A stretch of 64,000 nucleotides of DNA from Tricharina praecox (taxonomy: Eukaryota). Positions 25,749 to 36,375 of the stretch are shown here, piece after piece (position 1 is the first letter of the stretch; the number at the start of each line of letters is the position of its first letter). Location: positions 62,001-126,000 of the forward strand of contig NW_026250412.1 in the NCBI RefSeq assembly GCF_024521635.1, written 5' to 3'. Made by a program: the position numbers and the translations under genes. Under the pieces are notes generated by a model that saw only the letters and a list, made by a program, of their open reading frames with translations, was not told the origin of the DNA and ran no database searches.

Positions 25749-28700
25749 TGGGTCTTTAAAGCGATTAGCCCCGAGCGTTGGAGAAATAGGAGGACCCCAC
25801 ACACACAAACAGCCGCCACTCCCGCACGACGCGACAGTCAACGTCATCGGTTGTGCAGCAAATAGCAAAGGAACACCTTGGCAGCAGTAGCAAAAGTTAT
25901 CCGCACGCTCGAAATTCGTAGTATATAGAAACACGATGGTACGGGCGGGCAGGGTCGAAGGGTAGAGCCGCTGATTACCTGTAGCATTCAACTTACTTGG
26001 AGACTCCCCACATACCAAGTCAGCGGAGGTACAGGCCTTTCCATACCCTCCAGAACCGTGTTTACCTGCAGGTGCACTGATGGCAATTTTCACCAGCGGG
26101 CAATAGTGGGACCGATGATACTCAATCCCACCGTCCTCGTCAGACGCTCGCACTGCACAGTCCGACTACCTACGTTACCTGTACCAACGCAGCGAAATCG
26201 TTCACCTTCATCCCCCACTAGAGACTGATCACTCGCCCGACCTCTTTTGATTGCCATAAGTTATCTACCTCCAGTTTTTATCCAACATCCGATTACCACA
26301 CCGCTCCCGAATGGTCCGCATTACGGCTACGAGAATCCAGCCAACGACCTACTCCATTTCTACATGAAGGGCTGTCCTACGAACGATCTTTCCGGCACCA
26401 CATACTACAGACCGACCAAAGCCCCCTTCGTCAGGTCACCAAGTCGCCTTCCATTGTTCGTGAGCGAAACTTGCCTCAGACGGTCTCCATACTTCGCTCT
26501 TGGGTGCCTCGGGTCGATAGACCGTCGAAACCGGTACCGCCCGTGGTTGCGCTCCTGTTCGCAGGATTCATTTCATCCCCCCTCCAGGGCCGGTTTCTCG
26601 ACCGGATAAGAATCGCCGCGCCGCCGTCACGGATGGTCGATCATTACCACCACATTCGCCACTGCTATGCAGATGTCAGAAAGTGCGACATCGGCCAGGA
26701 CTTTTCCTATGCGATGCCCTGGACTCATCGAGAAGGATCGTATACAGAAGAGATGGAGAGAGACGATTAAAAAGCGGACGTATAAAGGATTCCGCATAAA
26801 ATTGAGGTCGAAGTGAGGCAGCCAACGCCGAGGAGATATATCCGGATATTCGTCCGGATATGGTCGAGAGAAGTCGAATACCTATACGCAGGACGCTTCA
26901 CAGGGCTTATCGGCAGCTCGACCGGTTGCGTAGGAGGAGGTCGCCCACTACTACTGCTTTCAAAACCATGGTAAGAGTTTCTTCAGCGATGCCCTCCAGA
27001 GTTCAGTCTTCCTACATACCGGGGTTAATTGCGGTTACTTGCAAATTCGGTGACTTGCACATTCGGTGCCATTACCGTGGATCAGAGAGGCAAGGTGGCC
27101 GAAGAGATGACCTATAAGAACACCGTCGGTTGCCGGGAGTTCGTAATCCATAGCGAGGGACACTATGGACTGTACAACGGCTTGGAGTCGGAGTTGTGGT
27201 GGGTCTCCTACGATGTGTTGGTCGAACAAGACCGGCCACAGCTAGCTGACTTTGCACTACAGGGAACCGTTCCGGCTGTGACGATCGGACTCGTCTTCGA
27301 TGACATTGTGCGGCATCTACCGCAATAGCTGCTGTCGGTAGCTACCCGCAGATACAAGCTTCGGATCATGCGTTGCTCCTGCATGGGTCCCACTACCGGT
27401 TCACGTACCGAGAACATTCTCAAGTGACCGAACATCGGACTCACCAAGTTATCCGACAAAATCTCACTCGATGTTCGAGAACCTCCTATTCTTAGGATGC
27501 AGGACTCAATCGGCAGTGTGTGGATCGACTACAAATCTACAAAGAGAGTGGAGTTACGCCTTCTGCACGATAGGAGGCGTTTTCGAAGCCGTGGGTTTAT
27601 CGACTACTGCGTCCGGGAGCCAGATCACAGGACACATACATCCCAGATATTACTGATCGAATACCCACCTACCTGCAGCCATACGCAGCACACCGAGGGC
27701 CGGGAGTTACCTCTAGACGCCCGTACCCGTACTCGTTTCCTTTGAGGCTTCATGGGCATCAAGTAAAGGTCGCCCAGAAAAGCTCATCTAGCGAAATTTT
27801 GGGACGAATAGGCCGCAACCTTGGTAGCCTATGGACTTGCAATCCGATTGCAATGTCAGGAATATGGGGGTAGAGATGGTTTGGTATGTGGGGGTTCTGA
27901 TCGATTACGAATGGGAAACACTGAGTCTGTATGTAGGCGGCTAATCTCAAATCAGCGGCCCACCTGGAAAATCGAACTTCTCTCCTGCTGAAGATTAGCG
28001 CAGCCGTGACCACCTGCACTACATAGGAGGTGGTATTCGGCTATCAGACTCTACCGCTTTGCCATCCAGTAACTCAATTGCGCGACATCGACACGCCCAC
28101 GTGGCCAGCAATTCAGTACCAAATGCCCGGCGGCGATTACAGCAGCCAAGTGACCGCCAATGTTCCCCTCGTTGACGCGGTATTCGCGTCCGAAGGATGG
28201 CTAGGATGGTGAGAATTACGCTGGCTGGCTGGACGAGGGCTGCGGCGGGCGAGATTGGGAGGCTGTGGCTAGTGACACTCGCTAAGGGCTCGTCACCGTT
28301 CGACGGATGACGGGTCGCTCTACCCTCGGATGTTTATGAGGATGAAGATGGCAACGAGGATAAGGAGGAAGGGCACAGCGCCCGACTCGTTGTCAATACA
28401 TGGTCGGAGACTCGGAGACGGGGAAAGTACAAAGCCAACGGGCGAAATGGTGATTATGCACTTAGGGTTGGAATACAATACGGCTCGATATGCGTAGCGG
28501 AAAACCGAGGCGGCTGTAATCTGGACTTCCGGAGACTGAAAGACTAACAGATATGTAGGGTTATCAGCCGGTGGCGGTCAACTGCACGAGCGTGGGCTGA
28601 TTCCATCCATCGATGAAACATGCCCTCGCCTCAAATAGTGTGCATCTGCGATCCGGACTCCGGAGGTTCCGCCGCATGCATGGGCTCGAGGAGTCCAGGT

Positions 28701-29090
28701 TATGGAACCATGTCGGCGCGACCGAGTCCCGACGGATTGCCCGCAACATACACACATCGCTAAGTCCATGCCTTAGGCTTAAGCTCCCGCTCCCGCTCGG
28801 TTACGGCAGCGCCGGCACAGGCCGCTCTTCTAGACACTCCGACTGCATGCATGGATGATGGTGTGTAGGTACCTACTCTACAGTGGGGCAGAATTCGCAA
28901 TCAGAAAGAGCTTCATGTCTCCATGTTTCCATTCCTCCTGCATTCCTCCGTTGTGGCTGAGTTAGTTACCGGTACGTCACGATGCATCGTGCAACGCGTT
29001 CGGACACTCATCACATCACAACACGTAACAACACCATGCTCGCCACAACAACAACAACAACACCATGCTCGCCACAACAACAACAACACC

Positions 29091-29833
29091 ATGCTCACGG
29101 AAAAGAACGGGAGGAGGCACGAGAGTATTTGTGGCCCGGAGCTGTATAAGCACTATCGGAAAGGCTTAAACGGCATCAGATCTGTCTATCGGAACGAGAT
29201 AACCGAGCAATACCATGCGATATTACGGCGAATTCGGGACTCACTGTATCGGTACACACGAGAACTGTACTCTACATCTAGGTGTACATGGAAGAATTGG
29301 AGATGTTCTTAGGGACACAATAGGGCGCTAGATAGGCAGGGACGCACTGGTAGCGCTGTGAGCTTAGGGATGACTTCTCTTCGTTGTTTGCTGATACGGT
29401 GACAGCAGCTTTCTCTCAGTTCAATCCAGTGGCTTTGTTCGACAGCGACTCTGGTCACTGGGAAGATGATGAAGGAATACTGTGGAATAGGGAACCTCTA
29501 GCAGGCCAGGTACTATACAGCACGATGCACAGCATAAACTCTGGCTACCGGACGGGCTATTTGGGGACGACTCTTCGCAAGTTCGCATTCGAAAACAGCA
29601 GGGAGGTGGTCCTCAATGAGGCATTGGGTGCGGTACTGGCATATACCGTACCACGAAACCACCTATTAACGCCTCGCCATTCGCCACACCAACACATTCG
29701 ACGGGAACGCGTCCTCTTTACCCTTTGCGGAATTATCAGCAGTGGTGATCTTCTAGGGCGGGCGCGCGAGGTGTTCCACTCGATCGATTTTCCTTCACGT
29801 TTGTCCCACCTCCGTCTTACCGTGTACCCCTGA
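29091..29833 (+). pseudogene. Possible degraded or spliced hypothetical gene (two protein-like ORF pieces)
   Basis: ORFs 28923-29312 and 29384-29833 have globular-protein-like composition, but I found no recognised motif and no clean splice solution. Confidence 0.25.
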
Positions 29834-30005
29834 ATCCCAGCCACTGAAAAGTGGCCAACGCAGCGTGCGCACACAGAGTTGCTTTTTCTGCATGGCGTAG
29901 CGCTTCCATGTCAACCCCCGCACAGCCTTGGGAACTGCGTCTTGCGTGAACTACATATTTATCGATGTCCCACCCGGATGCGGGAAACAGTGAGAGCCAG
30001 AAGTC

Positions 30006-31124
30006 ATGAATGCACCACCTGCGCCAACACTGACGAGACGGGTGCGTAGTTACTGTGCGACGCGTGTGCTGGGATAGAGAAGAGCTAACACGGGCACGCG
30101 ATAGTCGACAGCGCCGTTTCCGCGAGTCTTCACCGCACGAACCGAGTCCATCTCCTCCTCCGTCACACTATCCAAGCCCGAAGAGGAGAATCACCTCTTC
30201 GGCCCAGCCAAAATCGCCGTCAACCACTCCATCAGCATCCCCGGCAACCCGATCCTCCCAAAGGACCAAGATGTGAAGAAATTCCTGCGCCGCGACCTCG
30301 AGGTCGACCGCCTCAACGGCATGCACCAGCACCTGTGGTGGGCCGGGCGACCCTACAACATCCGTGCCCTCCACCAACAGAAAGTTTGCAATCGCGGCAT
30401 CGTCATCAACGAAAAACCCTGGCTTCACCTGCTCTGGTACGAACAGATCATCTTCATCAAGCCACTTCCCGCCTACCTCCTGTCGGTGCCATTCTTTGAT
30501 GAGCACATCGAACCTGACGAGGACCTGCGGGCCCTGGCACTCGGCTTCCTGCGATCGTACGCGAAGCTGATCCAGTCCCCCATCGATCTGAAGATCGCGC
30601 ATGACGAAAATCTAGTGCCGGAGAATCTGGAATGGGAGGTGTGGGCGCGCCTGGCCCCGCACTTCACGTACCTGGAGGACAGCAAGGTGAACAAGCGATA
30701 CAAGTACGGCGAGCTGCGGCTGCCGCGCGTAAACCAGGCGCACCGCTTCTGCATCGACTTTCCGAACGGCTACTACTCGCAGTACGTGACGTACAAGCAG
30801 TTCTTCAACCAGAACTTCGCGTGGCTGCTGCTAGCGGTCGTCTACGTCTCCGTCGTCTTGACCGCGCTACAGCTGCTGCTCAGCACCGACGAGAATACCG
30901 TCCCCCTCGAACGCCCGTCCCTCGAAAAGAGCAGTTGGTGGTTCGCTATGATGAGCATGGTCGTCCTGTGCGCCACGTGCGGGCTCATGGTCATCCTCGT
31001 CATCGGCTCGTTTACTTATCATTGCATTTGCACAGTCCAGAATCTGCAGAGGCTCAATATGGACTGGGTTGGTGGGAGGAGGAGGATTGCGGATCCGGAG
31101 AAGCCGGTGGGGTTAGGTAGTTGA
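30006..31124 (+). CDS. DUF6601-type fungal membrane protein; exons 30006-30041 and 30105-31124
   Basis: Motifs LN.MH.HLWWAGRP, ALH.Q, LHLLW...IFIKPLPAYLL, ALGFL.SY..LI.S.IDL.IA, VNKRY.YGELRL.R.N and FF.QNF.WL plus two C-terminal TMs. Phase-0 intron GTGCGT...GCTAAC...TAG. Confidence 0.85.
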
Positions 31125-32168
31125 AGCGTTGTCCGGGGGTGGTCCCGTAGGCCGTGGCGGAGGGGCGGAGGGGCGGAGGGGCGGAGGGGCAATGTCGGTG
31201 ATGCATGTAGATATATGGGAGAGCTGTGGATATGATTCTGTGTTTCTATGTTTATGGGTTTGTTTGCATATCTGTGTACTTATTTTTGTCAGCGTTTCGC
31301 GGGAGTTTGTTGGAAATGGAATTATTGGGTTTTTCGGATTTTTCGAAGAACGAGGGCCTGTGCATGTGGGAATCGGCAATACCCAGTGTTGGCCTGTTCG
31401 AAGGAAGTGGCTCCGCCCACAAGCCTCATCGCCGGCGCTAAGCGCCGCGGATTAATGCATGGATGCATGGATGGCGGGGCTAACTACCCCCACCACATCG
31501 ATGCGGGTACATCATTCTCATGCAACTTTCGTTTCACATTGTTCGCAGACCGGCTCACTGGCAGGAATCGAGATGTGCCAGATGTATTCCCCCAGACGCG
31601 GTGTGTATGTACCCGGTATCAATAGGTAATCAATTGCCACCCAACCCAACCCATCAGCCGACAGTACAGCTACACAGCCATAGCCATCGTGTAAGACGCC
31701 GCCCAAGCTCCAATGGCGGTATCGCACTCGGTCCCGACTCCTCTTCGATCGTGGCGAGCCGTAGGCACACCATCCAACAGCTAGTCAGTTGAAATGGGAA
31801 CACTGGTTTAAACAGTTCAGTTCGGGTTGATTTTGTTCCCGGTTCAGTTGGGAACAGAGGCTGCCAGTTCCCAGTTGGTTTGGGTAGGTGTGCCAGTTGT
31901 TCCCGAGAAAACTGGCAGAACTGTCAGTTCAGCGGATGAACCGGCGGTTCAGTCAGTGGAGGGAAATTGGCCAACATAGGGTCCTATTGGTCCGGAAAAA
32001 GCGATAGTAAATTGAACTGACAGTTCAGTCAGAGGAGCAAAAATGGGCGAAATAGGCTCCTATTGTCACGGAAAAAGTGATAGAAAAGGGGTTTAGTATG
32101 CATAATATTTTTGAATGGTCACAGAGAGAGCAATAGAAGATTTGTACAGTACTAATTCTGAATTTCTA

Positions 32169-32320
32169 CTGCACAATGAAGGGAGGGGGGGGGGGTAAAA
32201 AATTCGCTTTTTTTGCGCATCGGTACGGTCAAAATACGTAATTTCACTTTAGTAATACAATTTTTGTCCGTACTGTTCCGAAAAAAGCGTATTTTTTACC
32301 CCCCCCCCTTCACTATACAG
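32169..32320. mobile_element. 152-bp MITE with ~65-bp TIRs and TA flanks (Tc1/mariner-pogo type), nested in the hAT element
   Basis: CTGCACAATGAAGGG(G)nTAAAAAATTCGCTTTTTT...GTACGGTCAAAA is the inverted copy of TTTTGTCCGTAC...AAAAAAGCGTATTTTTTA(C)nTTCACTATACAG. TA at 32167-32168 and 32321-32322. Confidence 0.8.
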
Positions 32321-32349
32321 TACTCTGATGCTACTCATTCATACTGGGA

Positions 32350-32640
32350 GTATAGCGGTTGAATCCAATGATACTCTCCAGAGCTTCAACACTATCGGTA
32401 CCTAGGGAATGCTGATGATCCGTCAGAACCATCTGGCACTTGGAGGACAGCCGTTCAACCTCAGCCGACATGGCTGCAAAAGACAGAATGTCTATGGCCA
32501 TTCGGCTGAAGCCTAAGATTAGGGAAACGACGATTCTGCGCCGGTCTCAGCCACCATTCGATCGCGTGAGGACTGTTTCCAACATTCCTCCCCACAGTCA
32601 ATGAAAAATAGTCCTGGAGCTCGTCAACTGGTATAGCAGC
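32350..32640 (-). pseudogene. hAT transposase C-terminal dimerisation domain fragment (frameshifted)
   Basis: DELQDYF...AIEWW...RFPNL, then after a frameshift MAIDILSFAAMSAEVERLSS...VLTDHQHSLGTDSVEALE. Confidence 0.85.
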
Positions 32641-33954
32641 GGCCACATGATGGTAGCGAATGGGTGGCGGGTTGTAGGAGGTTACCGGGTAGGTTTGTGG
32701 TGATGACGGGTTTCACCCTAAATTTTAAGCCTCACTGAACTGTTGGGCCTAGCAGTTTTCCCGGTTCAAAACCCGGCAGTTGGTTCAGTTCGCTACCCCC
32801 AACAGTTGGTTGGTCTGGGAACGGCCCCGATTTGTTCCCAGTTCGAACTGTTGGAGGGTCTGGTCGTAGGTATGAAGACTGTAGCAGAGGATGTCGGGAA
32901 TCGGTTCCCGTGTCGGCCTGTAACCTGTTCAGGGGCGCCGAGCGGCGAGCATTCCTCGGGCCCGTTACGGAATTCGTCTCTCGTCTCCGCTGGAATGAAT
33001 GCTGCTATGTATATCGCATATAGGCCATCAGATAGTCGTAGAGTGTACACAGGTGTATTATCACTATGTACATGTTCACTCCCGACTGTCCCGAGTCCAA
33101 TCTCAACCTTGTCTCGCACCAGACGTTTAATCAGCCGGTTCAAACCCTCAGCCCTAATTCGCTCCGCCGGGAGAGAGAGAGAGAGAAAGTAACTCGTGAG
33201 ACAACACCAGGTTGGTGGAGATTGGAGCCCGGCTCGGCAAGTGAGCTGGTGAGCTCAACTGAAACATAGGATTTCACTCGCTTGCTGTTTTTCAGCAACT
33301 TTTTTATCACGTGCGATCACTCAGGAACCAACCCGCCAACCCCCCAACACCCACCCTGTTAGGCACCTCGATTTTTTCCAGTAGACTCAACTCCCTTCAC
33401 CAAAAACACCGGCCTCCAGTGGCATATACCGTTCCGGTTCCGGTGTTATTACACCTACCATCGCCAGAACAGCATTGAGAAGAGAACGTAACACGATCGA
33501 TCGAAGGAATGCGTCCGAAATAGCTATCTTGAATGGATACTGTTTTTGCACATGGGACGATTGCTGCTCCCTAGCGGGCGGAGTAGCAAAGCGAAGCGCT
33601 TCGCGTGAAGCTTCCGATGCGATATTCTACTTGCTCGTCCTCACTGCAATACATACGCCCTTTTCTCTCTATACTTGTCACCTCCGACGGACGGCGAAGG
33701 CTGATACCCTGATTTGGAGACGAGGGCTGGCACGGAACTCTGCGCTTTCCCGAAGGAGCACAACACACGCTGTCCCGACTCCCGAGTCCGAGGAGGCAAG
33801 GGTGTCGATACACCATTGGCTTCTTGGGATGAATCCTGCAGACTCGGAGTGGAGTAGCCTACGGCTCAGGAGGATGGAAAGGCAGACGGGGGTGGGACTC
33901 CGGGAAATAGAGAATCACCACACCGTTTTCAATCGTCCTTGGCAGCAGTCATTG

Positions 33955-34028
33955 GAGTGTTAGAGTGTTCAAGTGTTGGAATGTTCAAGTATTGGAGTGT
34001 TCAAGTATTTGAGTGTTGAAGTACTGGA
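33955..34028. repeat. Imperfect 16-bp tandem repeat (GAGTGTTCAAGTRTTG) x~4
   Basis: Direct reading. Confidence 0.7.
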
Positions 34029-34890
34029 TGAAATAGAATGGAGTGCGTTGAACGAATCCTGCAGGCTGCAAACCGGCCATCCGTGAATGTAGTAGTAGTA
34101 CCCACTGAAGTATCGAGTGAAAGCTCTCCACGACCATCTTACAAAGCACGCAATTGATAACATAGTAGGTAGGCGGTGTGATTCCGCTCCGCCGAATTCA
34201 GATCTCCACATTCATGATGTACTTCTAATGAAATCTTTAAGTGCAGCAGAATGCTCTGGCTTTTCGTCCAATTCAACGATCGCCCCGATCACTACCAAGC
34301 ACTCGCCAAACAAGGGACCCATTTTTTTGTTTCAATATTGTGTACTCGGCCAGGTCCGGCTATGGCAGTTCTAAGTCCACACTCCGTGTTTCTATACCGC
34401 CGGACATCGTAGGGTTTTTCCCCTCTTCCACTATCCGCAAGTAAACCGAGACACCAGGTCCGTAAGCATCATGCGTGAGCACCCATGGCGAGTTACTTCC
34501 ATTTAGGGCTTGTGGCGAAACCTAACAGCAAACATCGAAAGCCCAAATCTATAGAGACCAGCTGGTTAGAAAGCTCTGCAAGGGTATGGGAATTCAGTAG
34601 GCCCACACCCCGGCAATACTTCAACGACATGGATTCTGATTGCCGAGTGAAGTCGTTCTGACCTATGTGTGCAGCGTGCTTGATGCCCCATAGCGTCCAC
34701 CCACGACACACAGCTATTCGTCTACTGCCATCTAGGCTCTAGATAGCGTCTTCTTAGTGGTTCCGTCCATATCACATCTGGGACGAACCAGCGAAAGGCC
34801 CGGCCCCGTCTGGTAACCTCCAGGTCATGATAGAAAGCGGAGTCCTGATGACATCCACAGACGAAAACGGGCATTCCTCCCGCTCAGAAG

Positions 34891-34898
34891 TATAAATA
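34891..34898 (+). promoter_or_regulatory. Putative TATA box of the RanBP2-zinc-finger microprotein gene
   Basis: TATAAATA about 195 bp upstream of ATG 35086, followed by a CT/CAA-rich leader typical of fungal 5' UTRs. Confidence 0.45.
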
Positions 34899-35085
34899 CA
34901 GCGCCTCTCCCCCCATCCTCGAGACCTCTCCATAATCGCGATCATACCAACAAACATACCCTGAATCCAGAAGTTCAACAGCATACGTCAACAACAACAG
35001 CAACACAGATCTTTCAGACTCTCGGACTCCCTCCCCCCCAACCACCCTCTACCAACTGATAGAAGAGCAGCTGCAGCCTGCAGGA

Positions 35086-35286
35086 ATGGCTTGGAGTTGC
35101 CCCCGCTGCACCCATCTCAACAGTGAGAAGTGGCGGAAGTGTGTGGAATGCAATGCTCCGAGAAGCGTCCCCTGGGGTCAGCAGCCGCCCGGCAAGGGCG
35201 GAAAGCGGAACCCAAAACCCTCGAGACCACCGCAGCGTGATGTAGATAGAAATGGACCCAGGGAGCAGACTTTTGCGCGGTCCTAG
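35086..35286 (+). CDS. 66-aa microprotein with a RanBP2/NZF-type zinc finger and basic tail
   Basis: WSCPRCTHLNSEKWRKCVEC fits W-x-C-x2-C-x3-N-x6-C-x2-C exactly. Confidence 0.75.
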   Translation: MAWSCPRCTHLNSEKWRKCVECNAPRSVPWGQQPPGKGGKRNPKPSRPPQRDVDRNGPREQTFARS

Positions 35287-36375
35287 CCAGTCCTGAAGGG
35301 GGATTTTTTTACGGTTTTTTTTGGCATTTTTTTTGGCGTTTCTTTTGGGCGTTGTTCTTAGTTCGTTTTTTTTTTTTCTTTTCGTTTTCACTTACGGGCA
35401 TCGGTAGTATTATTCCGTCGGTCTGCGGATGAGGGATGTGACGGGATAAATTCAATCCACATTTATCAAGCTGCATAAGTACCTCATCATGAAGAGAGTC
35501 AACTTCGCCGGCCATGCGTGTGGGAGTCACGTGGTGACGTTAGTGCGACGGTTTCTAAAGCAGTTCAACTTGGTTCGCCAACACCTATATAGAAACAGCG
35601 GAACTAATCTCGATTCTCGTAACAGCTTCCAGAACAGAAACTCGTGGTCTTGCACAGCCCCCGTTGATCGGCTCAAATCTGGCATTCTGCTCCTGGGTAC
35701 ATGTGTACTCACATCAAATCCTCCGTCCTCTTCTCGTACATGAACCCCCCTAGAAGCTCCCATGGTACCTCCTAGAGTTATTTTGCTTCTCCCCAATTCT
35801 TCCTCGGCCTCGTATTCAAAGCGATAAGAACCTTGGACGGGTTTTCACTCCTGCACGTGATACAGCTACAGAACCGCTAGCAGTTTCAACGGCAGCGTCA
35901 GTTGCAAAATGATCTTTGAAATTTCCGCCAGAGAACTCCGGAATGCCGTCTAAGAGTCAAACATAGTCGGCTGTTGTATTAAATCTGCACATGAGAGAAG
36001 AAGCTGCCTCATTCACAATCGACAATCTCGTCTGCTACCGTTAGTAGAAAGTATGTCGCACCTCGAGTATGACATTTGTTGGTTCAATAGCCGTGAGATC
36101 GCATTACAAAGTTAAATAAGGTAAGGAAAGCCTATGATGGGCACAGGTGCAATTGCGGTCTGCAAACACAAACATGTATGCCGCTCGGTCCAGAAAAAGG
36201 AAACAACGAGTGACGTATTGTGTACATGTGTGAATCACAGACCATCAAATAGTGTTCTCAATCGCAAAATATCCTGATTTGGGTTCTTGGCGCTTTCACT
36301 TTGAGACCTATCTTTTCAACCACGATAGAGCTCGACAACACATCGCAACACACCCGCCCTATCGGCAACTCCACC

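Larger units (their letters stand above)
31766..32862 (-). mobile_element. Non-autonomous (internally deleted) hAT DNA transposon, 1097 bp
   Basis: 15-bp imperfect TIRs CACACCATCCAACAG / CTGTTGGAGGGTCTG. 8-bp TSD GCCGTAGG (31758-31765) / GTCGTAGG (32863-32870). Many subterminal CAGTT/AACTG motifs and an internal hAT dimerisation-domain remnant. Confidence 0.85.

Noticed and set aside
25247-26153. ORFs with (LLPPSSF)n / (RRKEEGG)n
   Set aside because: Translations of the polypurine 7-bp repeat.
26200-28500. Patchy protein-like ORF fragments (possible decayed gene)
   Set aside because: No recognisable motif or consistent frame.
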